Assembly: GCA_964016885.1 (NCBI GenBank)
Contig: OZ024746.1
Coordinates: forward strand, 6,758,001 to 6,822,000
Direction of reading: 5' to 3'
Source of the DNA: Eledone cirrhosa
Taxonomy: Eukaryota
DNA length: 64,000 bases
Position numbers and translations under genes: made by a program. How positions within the stretch are numbered: the stretch's first letter is position 1; each line of letters begins with the position of its first letter. The notes under the pieces are model-generated. The model was not told where the DNA came from and did no database searches. It saw only the letters and a list, made by a program, of their open reading frames with translations. This document shows positions 39,640 through 53,370 of this stretch, piece by piece.

Positions 39640-40303
39640 ATTTAAGGGTCAACTTCATATACATCTGGTGTATATATGTCTGAGTTCTTTGTTAATCTGT
39701 GAGAGATTTTACAGTACTTTGGAAATAATGGTTTCTGTTGTAGGCACAAAACCAACAATTTTGGGGGAGGGAGAAGTTGATTAAATTGACCCCAGTGCAG
39801 TACTTTATTTTAGGCTGAAAGGCAAAGCTAACCTCAGCAGGTAAAGGGCCATAACTATATGCCTCATTGCATGCTGTCCAACACTCTACTGATACTGGCA
39901 ATCCATCGTATAACAGAACATGGAAATACACATATTGACAAAAACATATGTTCCAATTCTTCATCATCATCAGCATCATTTTTATGTCCACTTTCTCATG
40001 CTGGCATGAGTCGGATGGAATGTTTTGAGACAATATTTTACAGCTGGATGACATTTTTGACAACAATCATTTTAATCACTTCTTACGATATGCAAAGTTG
40101 AGAGGTAAACTAAGGGATAAGGGGCTGTGTGATAAGGGGCAGTTTATTTTGTAGAGCTAAATAAAGTCTGTAATGATTGGCAGGGAACTCAGTTAAACTT
40201 TTAACTTATTGTTTAAATATATGATGAATACAACAATTTCATATTTCTGTGGAAGCAAAAAGTTATATTAGCAAAAAATATTCCTGTTTATTTTCATACT
40301 TAC

Positions 40304-40386
40304 AATTTTAACTTTTGACTTTTCCTCTGAAGTAACAGCACCTTCTAGTTCTTTTTTAGTTTCTAATAACTTATTTACCAATCCAC
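40304..40386 (-). CDS. TRAF3IP1: TRAF3IP1 internal exon (83 nt)
   Basis: ctttttccacag|GTGGATTG...AAAATT|gtaagta. Encodes (G)GLVNKLLETKKELEGAVTSEEKSKVKI; phase 1 in, phase 0 out. Confidence 0.9.
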
Positions 40387-40879
40387 CTGTGGAAAAAGTG
40401 ATTAGGAAAGATTAAAGTTTAGATAGAAAAGCATGAAGAGAAAAATATCATGAGTAAGAAATAAATATTTCACTATAATAATATAAGTAGGTACGACAGG
40501 ACTGTGAAAAGTTTGCAGAATACATGATAGATTCAGAGCTAACACAAATTTATCCTCTCAAATTAAAAGTATGTGAATGTCAGTACATAGGTGGGTCTGT
40601 GAATACTATATTAGAAAGTTAGTTAGATTTTAGAAGTAGTAAATCACTTTTTTCAATAATTTAATTTCTTGAGAAATGGATGCCAGTGCATCATATATTC
40701 CTGAGTGCATTTCTGTGAAGTTATATCAATTATATTGATCACAGTCTTGAAACCTTGTGTATCTAACAGTTCTGTCAAGTATTAATTATATTGATGCCAG
40801 TCTTGAAACCTTGGAAATTTAACATGAGACATAGATCTGCTTCCAAATGTGAATACCTAAATTGTTTATAATATATATT

Positions 40880-41117
40880 TAAAAAGCACCCAGCCCACAC
40901 TGTAAAGTGGACGTGTAGGCGCCACGGAAAAAAGCACCCAGCACTCACTGTAAATGAGGTTGGTGTTAGGAAGGGCATCCAGCTGTAGAAATCAAGCCAG
41001 AATCAGTTCCTGTATGAGCAAGGCATGGTCAGCCAACCGGACACTGCCCACAACAGGACAACCCGTCTAACCCATGCTAGCGTGGAAGAACGGACGTAAA
41101 ATGGCAATGATGATGAT
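40880..41117 (+). mobile_element. Solo RTE/SINE-B long 3' tail
   Basis: Near-identical to 56285-56525. Similar solo tails at 5510-5648, 25670-25975, 53410-53630, 56640-56810, 59070-59285. Confidence 0.8.
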
Positions 41118-41596
41118 TTAAAGAACCAGTAACATACTGGGGTCGATTAATCAACTCCCCACCCCACCCCACCCAAATTGTTGGTCATATGCCCAAATCA
41201 GAAAGCAATATATATTTATAACAATATTAGAATGGGAGTTTGTTTGCTTTGTGTCCGGACCTGGTGTATATATGTATATATTTACCGCACCACATGTTTA
41301 ATGACAAGAGTTATGTTTGAGGTAATTAGTAGGGTCATAAATTCCCACATGTGAGATGATGCTAATGTATTCTCTCATCAATACAATATTGATAAAGATG
41401 TATTAAAGTTGGTTTTGATCAAAATAAATTCAATGAAGCAAAAGTAATTAAACCATGAACTGATTTCAAATTTCTTTAATTTGTAAAAGTAAGAAACGTA
41501 TAAGGGTGATATGTTTTGTGAGCTATTAGAGTTATCAGCCACCATGTTTATACTTTTATATTCTACCCTGTCTTCTACCCTTGCTTTAAGAGTATT

Positions 41597-42530
41597 TTCA
41601 ATATTGTTATATATAACAACAATACATCTGTTGTACATCTGTTATATATAACTGTACATCTGTTATGTCAATATTGTTATATATAACTGTACATCTGTTA
41701 TATATAACTGTACATCTGTTATATATAACTGTACATCTGTTATGTCAATATTGTTATATATAACAATACATCTGTTATATATAACTGTACATCTGTTATG
41801 TCAATATTGTTATATATAACAATACATGTTATATATAACTTTACATCTGTTATGTCAATATTGTTATATATAACAATACATGTTATATATAACAATACAT
41901 CTGTTATATATAACTGTACATCTGTTATATATAACTGTACATCTGTTATGTCAATATTGTTATATATAACTATACATCTGTAATGTTGTCAATATTGTTA
42001 TTTATAACTGTACATCTGTTATGTCAATATTGTTATATATAACTATACATCTGTTATGTCAATATTGTTATATCTAACAATACATCTGTTATATATAACA
42101 ATACATCTGTTACGTTGTCAATATTGTTATATATAACTGTACATCTATTATATCAATATTGTTATATATGTTATTGTACATCTGTTGTGTCAATATTGTT
42201 ATATATAACAATACATCTGTTATGTCAATATTGTTATATATAACTGTACATGTTATGTCAATATTGTTACATATAACAATACATCTGTTATATATAACAA
42301 TACATCTGTTATGTCAATATTGTTATATATAACTGTACATCTGTTATATATAACAATACATCTGCTATGTCAATATTGTTATATATAACTGTACATCTGC
42401 TATATATAACAATACATTTGTTATGTCAATATTGTTATATATAACAATACATCTGTTATATCAATATAGTTATATATAACTATACATCTGGTATATCAAT
42501 ATTGCTATATTAACTATACATCTGTTATGT
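41597..42530. repeat. AT-rich composite minisatellite (TATATAACTGTACATCTGTTA / TGTCAATATTGT modules)
   Basis: Irregular tandem modules rich in short palindromes (GTTATATATAAC, CAATATTG, TGTACA). Confidence 0.88.
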
Positions 42531-43609
42531 TGTATTAGTCAAACTGCACTGCATCTTCAAATGGTTTTTTTTTTCCAGATTTAACTGATAACGTCCTGTA
42601 TCACATGAAACCACATTAGTAAGCATTCTTGATGTGTACAAAAACAACACTATGGCTGCATCACATTTGAAATTAAAGTCTATAGTTTACTGCAAAATTT
42701 CACAACGATCTGTTAATTAGTAAATAAACTATAGAGATTTTAATGAACACATCAACTTTTAGATATTTTCCACTAAATTATTACAAGGTAAGAGTTAAAA
42801 GAAACTGGTTTTAATCTATTTGAAAGTTTCGTGTTGATATTGTGACAGCTTTTACAAATATTTGCTAGACATTTTATTCACTCATTTTCACCATATTCTA
42901 TATGTTCCTGACATTTCTTTAAAAGTCTAATGAAATATTCATGTTTCCAGTTTTCCCACAGAAACAGTTGGTCATTTTCAGAACATATATTGAAAATATT
43001 TTGCCTAAAGGCTTTTTAAATTGCTTCATCCTAGTTATATGTGCAATGGAAGAAATAATATTTTGTTCAGAATGATTAAGGACACACTCCAATATTTCTT
43101 TTCCCAACTCTGATCTCTGCTAAAACAAAATTCTGTCTCCCAGTGTTGTTCTTGTTAACATATACAACAAAGGTATTTGATAGAATTTTTTTACTGATCA
43201 AAACATTGATTTGATTTTCTAACTTTCCTTAAAATGTTAAAAAAAAAATATTTTAGATTTACCTTTGGTGTCTCCATAAGCAATCCCCATCTCGTTAACA
43301 GATACATTCCATTGCTTATAACCTATCATGTCATAATTGAAAACAATACTTTGTCCCATATATCAATACTAGCATTTTTTCAACATGCTGACACATATGT
43401 GTGTGTGTAAATGCACACACAGCCGCTGCTATAGTTTTTTCACCATCCCCTTCCTTCCTTTTACACATACACACACACACACACACATTGTGTGACGGAT
43501 GACGGAAGTTGCTCATATTTATATATGGATGGTGCCTTCATTGAGAATGATAAATACATTCAATTCAAAGAGAGTCAAGAAATGAGTCATTTGAAGAAGA
43601 CAATCTATA

Positions 43610-46600
43610 ACACCTTAAGATCAATCACAACAGTCTGACACACCTTAAGACCAATCACAACAGTCTGACACACCTTAAGACCAATCACAACAGTCTGACA
43701 CATGTTAACACCAATCACAACAGTCTGACACATGTTAACACCAATCACAACAGTCTGACACATGTTAACACCAATCACAACAGTCTGACACATGTTAACA
43801 CCAATCACAACAGTCTGACACACCTTAAGACCAATCACAACAGTCTGACACACCTTAAGACCAATCACAACAGTCTGACACACCTTAAGATCAATCACAA
43901 CAGTCTGACACACCTTAAGACCAATCACAACAGTCTGACACACCTTAAGACCAATCACAACAGTCTGACACATGTTAACACTAATCACAACAGTCTGAAA
44001 CACCTTAAGACCAATCACAACAGTCTGACACACCTTAAGACCAATCACAACAGTCTGACACACCTTAATACCAATCACAACAGTCTGACACATGTTAACA
44101 CCAATCACAACAGTCTGACACACCTTAAGACCAATCACAACAGTCTGACACATGTTAACACCAATCACAACAGTCTGAAACACCTTAAGACAAATCACAA
44201 CAGTCTGACACACCTTAAGATCAATCACAACAGTCTGACACACCTTAAGACCAATCACAACAGTCTTACACATCTTAATACCAATCACAACAGTCTGACA
44301 CATCTTAATACCAATCACAACAGTCTGACACACCTTAAGACCAATCACAACAGTCTGACACACCTTAAGATCAATCACAACAGTCTGACACACCTTAAGA
44401 CCAATCACAACAGTCTGACACACCTTAAGACCAATCACAACAGTCTGACACATGTTAACACCAATCACAACAGTCTGAAACACCTTAAGACCAATCACAA
44501 CAGTCTGACACACCTTAAGATCAATCACAACAGTCTGACACACCTTAATACCAATCACAACAGTCTGACACATGTTAACACCAATCACAACAGTCTGACA
44601 CACCTTAAGACCAATCACAACAGTCTGACACACCTTAAGACCAATCACAACAGTCTGACACATCTTAAGACCAATCACAACAGTCTTACACACCTTAATA
44701 CCAATCACAACAGTCTGACACATCTTAATACCAATCACAACAGTCTGACGCATCTTAATACCAATCACAACAGTCTGACAAAACCTTAATACCAATCACA
44801 ACAGTCTGACACACCTTAATACCAATCACAACAGTCTGACACATCTTAATACCAATCACAACAGTCTGACACACCTTAAGACCAATCACAACAGTCTGAC
44901 ACACCTTAATACCAATCACAACAGTCTGACACACCTTAAGACCAATCACAACAGTCTGACACATCTTAATACCAATCACAACAGTCTGACACATGTTAAC
45001 ACCAATCACAACAGTCTGACACATCTTAATACCAATCACAACAGTCTGACACATGTTAACACCAATCACAACAGTCTGACACATCTTAATACCAATCACA
45101 ACAGTCTGACACATGTTAACACCAATCACAACAGTCTGACACACCTTAAGACCAATCACAACAGTCTGACACACCTTAACACCAATCACAACAGTCTGAC
45201 ACATGTTAACACCAATCACAACAGTCTGACACACCTTAATACCAATCACAACAGTCTGACACACCTTAAGACCAATCACAACAGTCTGACACACCTTAAG
45301 ACCAATCACAACAGTCTGACACATCTTAATACCAATCACAACAGTCTGACACATGTTAACACCAATCACAACAGTCTGACACATCTTAAGATCAATCACA
45401 ACAGTCTGAAACACCTTAAGACCAATCACAACAGTCTGACACACCTTAAGACCAATCACAACAGTCTGATACACCTTAAGATCAATCACAACAGTCTGAT
45501 ACACCTTAATACCAATCACAACAGTCTGACACACCTTAAGACCAATCACAACAGTCTGACACACCTTAAGACCAATCACAACAGTCTGACACACCTTAAT
45601 ACCAATCACAACAGTCTGACACATGTTAACACCAATCACAACAGTCTGAAACACCTTAAGACCTACCACAACAGTCTGACACACTTTAAGACCAATCACA
45701 ACAGTCTAATACACCTTAATACCAATCACAACAGTCTGACACATGTTAACACCAATCACAACAGTCTGACACACCTTAACACCAATCACAACAGTCTGAA
45801 ACACCTTAAGACCAATCACAACAGTCTGACACACCTTAAGACCAATCACAACAGTCTGACACACCTTAATACCAATCACAACAGTCTGACACATGTTAAC
45901 ACCAATCACAACAGTCTGACACACCTTAAGACCAATCACAACAGTCTGACACATGTTAACACCAATCACAACAGTCTGAAACACCTTAAGACCAATCACA
46001 ACAGTCTGACACACCTTAAGATCAATCACAACAGTCTGACACACCTTAAGACCAATCACAACAGTCTTACAGTCTTAATACCAATCACAACAGTCTGACA
46101 CATCTTAATACCAATCACAACAGTCTGACACACCTTAAGACCAATCACAACAGTCTGACACACCTTAAGATCAATCACAACAGTCTGACACACCTTAAGA
46201 CCAATCACAACAGTCTGACACACCTTAAGACCAATCACAACAGTCTGACACATGTTAACACCAATCACAACAGTCTGAAACACCTTAAGACCAATCACAA
46301 CAGTCTGACACACCTTAAGATCAATCACAACAGTCTGACACACCTTAATACCAATCACAACAGTCTGACACATGTTAACACCAATCACAACAGTCTGACA
46401 CACCTTAAGACCAATCACAACAGTCTGACACACCTTAAGACCAATCACAACAGTCTGACACATCTTAAGACCAATCACAACAGTCTTACACACCTTAATA
46501 CCAATCACAACAGTCTGACACATCTTAATACCAATCACAACAGTCTGACACACCTTAATACCAATCACAACAGTCTGACACACCTTAATACCAATCACAA

Positions 46601-46942
46601 CAGTCTGACACATCTTAATACCAATCACAACAGTCTGACACATCTTAATACCAATCACAACAGTCTGACACACCTTAAGACCAATCACAACAGTCTGACA
46701 CATGTTAACACCAATCACAACAGTCTGAAACATCTTAAGACCAATCACAACAGTCTGACACATCTTAAGACCAATCACAACAGTCTGACACATGTTAACA
46801 CCAATCACAACAGTCTGAAACATCTTAAGACCAATCACAACAGTCTGAAACATCTTAAGACCAATCACAACAGTCTGACACACCTTAAGACCAATCACAA
46901 CAGTCTGACACACCTTAAGACCAATCACAACAGTCTGAAACA
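43610..46942. repeat. 30-bp minisatellite CCAATCACAACAGTCTGACACACCTTAAGA, about 111 units
   Basis: Direct tandem repetition with recurrent variants. Single-base indels near 44780 and 46070. Confidence 0.97.
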
Positions 46943-49059
46943 AGGACAATCTATATCTTATTTGGCTCTTTTATCTTAAAATTTCAGATGAGGTTTATAA
47001 GTGTTTTGAACTCCTGTAATTTAAATAATCAAATGTTGAAGTCATTGATAATCCCAAAGGTAATATTGTGGGGGGTTTCCATTCAGGTATTTTTGCTGCT
47101 GGATGAAACATTAGCATGTCATTCCTGGCTTATCAATTCTAAATTCTGTTCATCTTATTAGTCCTGACCATCAGTATGAAGATTGATTGAAAACTTCATA
47201 GGATGACTATGAAGGAGTGATGCTAGAGCTTTGAAATCTTGCATTCATTAATTTCAACTCTTCCTATTAATAACTGCATTGTTTCTTTCCAGAGACTATG
47301 TTGAAAAATGAACATCATTTGGTCATTCCATGAGAGTATCTTGGTCAGCCTATGAACTTTTCAGCCAAACCATGTACTAAGGCGAATTTGAAATCACAAT
47401 GTGAAGTGCCAGAACAGATACCAAATAGCATTTTGTGGACTAATGGATTGGTATTATCGGTGGATTGGCAGTATCGGTAGAGGACCAGACACCATGCTTT
47501 GCAACATAGAGTTAGGCCCCTTTATGGTCTGAGTTCAAATCCCACCGAGGTTAACTTTGCCTTTCATCCTTACGGGGTCGATAAAATAAAGCACCAGTAA
47601 TTTACTGGGATAATTGCTAGCCTTGTGCCAAAAATAGAAACAATTATTTTATTATTATTATTATTATGATGAAAAAAATGTCAACCACCTTCTAACTTGT
47701 AAAAATCAATTTGATTTTTTTTTAATCCCAGCTCAAGGCCAAACCCAAATTGCCATAAATAGTAAACAACATAATTTCTGAAATACATGCTTGACTGCAC
47801 AGAGTTAGCTTAAGACTTGGAATGGTGAAGTCAATATTTACTCTCTCACCCCCACCCATATAGACATTTAATTGCTCTATGTAAACAATTAAAGGGGAAA
47901 ATAAAATCAAAATCACTTGTTTTATTAAGGAATTAAAAGCCTCTTCTCCCTCTTGTAATTACAAAATAAGTGTTCACCACTCTGATAGGTTTGTGGTAGA
48001 ACCTGTAGCTACAGAGGCTGCCCACGTTCTTGACCCCACATCCCTACAATCGGAACAGAGTTAGTTGCCCGCAGATGTGAGCCCTGCAATGTAGAGTGGC
48101 TGTTGCAGCATATCTCCTTCGCTGTCCTCTGGGGCAATGTCTACTCCATCCTGTCAGCTGGGATCCAGAGGTGGAGAGTAAGTTAGGTGGAGGATACTCA
48201 TTCGGACGTCACACAATTCCTCTTTCGTGAAGTTATTTCTGAAAAGGGGTTTCTTGTATGCATACATACATATGTATATACGTATGTACTTACATATATA
48301 CACACACATACACATATATACACACATACATACATAGACACATACATCAGGATAATGGAGGTATATATTAACAAACTATAACGCCCTGCTCGTGATCAAC
48401 AATGACATCACACCTAGTTTCTAGAAGCAAACATGTAACTACCTTAAACAGCGAGTGAAAATTAAAATAGAAATGGAAAGCTTCACCATAACATTTGACT
48501 AAATAATATTATAGTCTAATAATGGGGCATATAAACCCACCGAACAGAAAAAGATGGGTATCAGCACACATGGGAGCTGATACCCATCTGTTTCCATTCA
48601 GATAGAGCCATTACTTCTCTGAATTGAGAGATCACATCTCCAGTACTATAAGCATATGGTTAGAATGCCTCAGGAAAGAATCACTGGACAGATTTTACAG
48701 GCAAATCCAACCAGCAGAAGACCCAGGGGTAGACCCTGAACAAGATGGTTGGATAATATCCATGAGCTTGGCTGGTCTCACATGGGGACCCAGCTGGATC
48801 AGTTGGAGATGGTTGCTCCTGACAGAACCAGCTGGAACGAGTGTTTGAGAACCCCGCCTCCACATCTCTCTCAGGAATAAGTGGGCGAAGAAGAAGAAAA
48901 AGAAGAAGGGTTTATCGCCCTGTTATTAAACAATTCATTTAGTCAAATGTTATGGCGAAGCTTTCTTATGTTTGTTACACGCTGAAGACTGAAATCAGAA
49001 CTGTACATCTTTTAATGACTACATTATTAGAAGAAAATCCCAAAACCTTTTTTTCCACA

Positions 49060-49900
49060 TTGAAAAGAGACAATGAGGCCATAAGCTAAAAGTATTTTAT
49101 AGGTAGCTCTGGTTAGTTTGAATAGTTTTTAAAAAGCATTAGATTGAAATTGAACTATGTTAAAATTCATGGTGAATCTGCAAATGCTGATCAAACTGCA
49201 GAAAAATTTATACAAGAATATTTTAAAAACTATAGAAGAGGAAAACTATGATGAGAGGCAGATATTTAATGCTGGCAAAGCTGCTTTAGTTTAAAAGCAT
49301 ATACCAATAAAACATTTTGTGTGAAATAAGAAAAAAAAATGTTCCTGGTACCAAAAACAGGTAACAAAAGACCAAATCACAATTTTAATGGAAGGAAACA
49401 CTGAAGGCAATTTTAAACTTAAACCAATGAGGGAAAAACTGTACTCAAAATAAACTCTCAGAATGTACAGTCAACACGCATTACCAAAAATCTGGTTCTC
49501 AAAAAATAAAAAATAAAAAACGAGAAAAATGAAATTGGTTTTTGAAGATTGGTTGAAAATCCATTTCTTTCCTTAATTAAAGGATATCATCATCGTTTCA
49601 CGTCCATCTTCCACACTAGCATCGGTTAGATGGGCAATGGGGATAAAATAATTATAGTTTTAAAGTTTCATTGCAATAAATTCCTTGAGAGAAAATGTAG
49701 AAAATGTGGTTTTGCTTCCTCCCTAACATGATTTCCATTTTACAAGCTATGGATGATAGAGTCATTGCAACCTTTAAAACCTGTAATCAAGAACAACTTT
49801 TGAACAAGTAATACAAAAGACTACAAAATTCAACGTTAAAAATCTAGGAGGAAATATTGGTTGTGAATGAAATAAAGAAACACGACAGATTTGTAGGAAG
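49060..49900 (+). mobile_element. Degraded pogo/Tigger-like transposase relic
   Basis: Fragments KIHGESANADQTAEKF, EENYDERQIFNA and VLLPPNMISILQAMDDRVIATFK resemble Tigger/CENP-B DDE_1 motifs. Many stops. Confidence 0.65.
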
Positions 49901-51084
49901 ACAATCTATTTCATTGTGCAAAGGATTTTGTTGGGTTTAGCCATTAGGCGTTAGTGAAGAAGATTGGCAAATGTGCAGGAATTATTTACGATTTATACTC
50001 GTATATAAGTGGAGAAATAAGTGACAAAATTGATGGTATGGTTAAGGGGTGAGCTTATATTCAATGTCAATATTACACCTGTTTCACTTTGTGGGGGAAA
50101 TATTACACCTGTTTCATTTTGGAGGTGAATATTACACCAGTTTTACTTTGGAGGTGAATATTACACCAGTTTCACTGTTAACATGAAATTCATTTTTTGT
50201 TTTGTTTTTGATGTTTTGAAAGAATATGACCTCCAAAATGCTTGGTAATTTTATTTGTATTTTAGTTAACTGGGTGGGTGGGGGGGTGCTTGCCATGAGA
50301 AGTGTGTAATTGTAAAAATCTACCTAAAGCTCTTTAATACTTGTATGACATTAAAATGTTTCCAAGTTTTTTAAGGCATGCATTTCATTAGATCATCATC
50401 ATCATCGTTTAACGTCTATCTTCCACACTAGCATGTGTTAGATGCGTGTATTAAATAAGAATCTGTTACGTTTGGGAGATGGCGCTAGTGTTGTCTGCTA
50501 AATCAAAAAGAACCAAAATATTCCCAGCATTTGAGTAGCTGGAAGTAAACAAAAGTTTTAAAAAACTTGTTGAAACTTTATAAAAGTTGTAGTGCACCTG
50601 AGCACTGTACACAATAATTTCATTATTATTATTATTATTTAAAATGGATGGGTAGTTGTAGGGGTGCCATATTGACATAGAGCATTTTTAGAGCATTTTT
50701 AAACCTGGCGGAGCACAATCTCTCTCCAGGTCTGAATACAACAGATTTCTTCCAAGGAAAGATAGAAAGTGAGAGAGGAAGGAAGTGAAATAAAGATATA
50801 CAGGAAGAATCGACCCCAGTATTTAACTGGTACATTTTTATCGACCCTGAATGGATGAAAGGCAAACTTGAACTTGGTGGGATTTGGACTCAGAGAGCAA
50901 AGAGTCGAAACAAATACCACAGTCTGCCGTTTAGACTATATGAATTTCCCTAAAAAAGGTTAAATTTTGTTTATATAATTAAAACATTAACAATTTTAGT
51001 GTGTTGTTTTAATTTTAAGTAACTAAACAGAAATATATTTTTAAAATGTGAATAAAAACAAAACTAAATGAATTACAATATTTT

Positions 51085-51326
51085 ACGTGTGATGCGCATG
51101 GAGGATGACCACTGGGTAAAGAAGTGCCAAGAAATCCCAGTAGAAGGAAGACGCAGTAGCGGAAGACCACGAAAAACATGGGCGGAGGTGGTGAGAGCAG
51201 ACCTCAGATCGCTGAAGCTCACAGAGGAGATGACGAAGGACCATGATAGGTGGAGAGATGCTGTGCTGAATAGGACCCGTCCCACCCTTGCAAGCAGGGA
51301 AAAGCGGACGTAAAATGATGATGATG
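51085..51326 (+). mobile_element. RTE 3' end (short-tail subfamily)
   Basis: VMRMEDDHWVKKCQEIPVEGRRSSGRPRKTWAEVV...EKRT* followed directly by a (GAT)n tail. Confidence 0.85.
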
Positions 51327-51432
51327 AAATATATTGCTGTTATTTCTTTTAACACAGTATTTTATAGGGAATGATTTATTGCATTGAGGGATTGTGTGTG
51401 TGAGTATTGTGTATTGCAAGTGTACATATACA

Positions 51433-51775
51433 TGAAGGCACATGGTTAGTGTTGAGCTCACAATCGTAAAGCTGTGAGTTCAAATCCCAGACCAGGCAAT
51501 GCATTGTGTTCTTGAGCAAAACATTTTATTTCTCATTACTCCATTTTATTCAGCTGTAGAAATGAGGTGCCAAGCTGTATCAGCCTTTGTCATTCCCTTG
51601 GAAGTCACTGATGCCAAGCTGTATCGGCCATTCCCTTTCCCTTGGATAACATTAGTGGCGTGGAGAGGGAAGACTGGTATGCATGGGTCACTACTGGTCT
51701 TCCACAAACACATCTTGCCTCAGAGGGGAACTTTCTAAGTGTAAAACCATGGTCATTCATGACCGAAGGAAACCT
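51433..51775 (+). mobile_element. tRNA/CORE-like SINE family D (partial tail copy about 61690-61795 on minus)
   Basis: GAAGGCACATGGTTAGTG head, GTTCTTGAGCAAAACA core, CCATGGTCATTCATGACCGAAG tail. Confidence 0.65.
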
Positions 51776-53030
51776 ACATATACACATATATATGTGAAAG
51801 TTTATGTGTGGGGGTTTATATAAATTTATGAGGCATTGGTGTCACAGAGTGGGACTGAACCTGAAACCGTATGGTTCCAACAGAAATTCCTTAACCACAC
51901 AGACTTGCCTGTGAATATAAAGGATAAATAAGATAACTATATAGACCTACTAATATTATTACAATGAAGGGCAGTGGTTTGGCAGTATTGGTAAAGGGTC
52001 GGACGCCATGCTTTGCAGCAAAGAGTTACGGCCCTTTATGGTCTGAGTTCAAATCTCGCCGAAGTTAACTTTGCCTTTCATCGTTACGGGGGGGGGGGGT
52101 CGCTAAAATAAAGTACCAGTAACGTACTGGGATAATTGCTGGTCTTGTGCCAAAAGTAGAAACAATTATTACAATGAAGAAAAGCTACTGTACAATATTT
52201 TGAAGTTAGAATAATAATTGTAAAATTAATGTATAAATCATTGATATACAAATATATATAAAGATATTTCTATAAATGGATATATATAGTTATTGTATTG
52301 ATGTAAACAAGTCAATATGAATAATCTTAGAGAAGTATCACAGGAAAAGAACTAAGAATTAAATATATTATAGTAGATTATTTAAACTAACTTATAATTC
52401 ATGGCATAGAAGGAGGAGGGAATTCATAAACAACTATCTATAATTCTAACAGATGTATGGGGAATTGTATTGAGAATCACTTATATTATTTGTATATATT
52501 CATTATCATATTCACTGGAGATAAGAAAAACATTATTTTAGTTAAAACATGCTAACACTAACTCCCAATTGCAAGGCAAATATGAGAACAACATGAACAT
52601 GTACAAAATAAAACACAATAAATGCTATCTGTGTCTATTTGAGTATACAATAGAATGTAGATATTTGTAAATCAAGCAAAATGAAAGGTACTAGCATATG
52701 AAGATATCTGTAATCGTAAAAGTATGAGAAAAGCTGTAAACAAGAAGGTAATAAAAACAGTAAAAATACGATTCAAAATGATTTACTATTCATATAATAC
52801 ACTGAATATACTAAAGAATATAAACACATCTATTAATACATCACAATATTTATGATACACAACACAATATTACTGCACTTATATATTTTACATATCTACC
52901 TAGATATTACACATATATTATATGCTATTGTATATCTATCTATCTATATATATATATATATAGATAGATATATACCTAACTCATACTAGCATGGAAGATG
53001 GATGTTAAACGATGATGATGATATATATAT

Positions 53031-53370
53031 ATCATCATCATCATTTTACGTCCGCTTTTCCCTGCTTGCAAGGGTGGGACAGGAACTGATTCTGGCTTGA
53101 TTTCTACAGCTGGATGCCATTCCTAACACCAACCTCATTTACAGTGAGTGCTGGGTGCTTTTTCTTTTTCCGTGGTACCTCCACGACCACTTTGCAGTGG
53201 AATGATAGGGACCGCAGTCCCTATCATCTCATTTCTACAGCTGAGTAAACTGGAGCAATGTGAAATAAAGTGTATGGCTCAAGGAAACAACACATCACCC
53301 GGTCTGAGAATTGAACTCACAATCTTGCGATTGCAAGGCCAATGCTCTAACCACTAAGCCATGTGCCTCC
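53031..53370 (-). mobile_element. SINE family B (short RTE tail)
   Basis: Reverse-complement homology to 5954-6296. Confidence 0.85.

Noticed and set aside
34472-39683. 1722-aa and 1707-aa ORFs as real proteins
   Set aside because: Translations of a 32-bp tandem repeat; all frames give the same periodic peptide; no gene context.
42919-43107. 62-aa ORF as a coding exon
   Set aside because: No recognisable homology, and its frame is incompatible with the phase-1 host intron.
43605-46949. CQTVVIGLKV-repeat ORFs as a beta-solenoid protein
   Set aside because: 30-bp minisatellite; the frame is broken by single-base indels and a stop; no convincing splice or start context.
48982-49006. CTGAAGA-CT-GAAA as a hammerhead
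   Set aside because: No stem II and no stem I.
52400-52760. Possible second GIY-YIG relic (KCYLCLFE)
   Set aside because: Single short motif in very degenerate AT-rich sequence.
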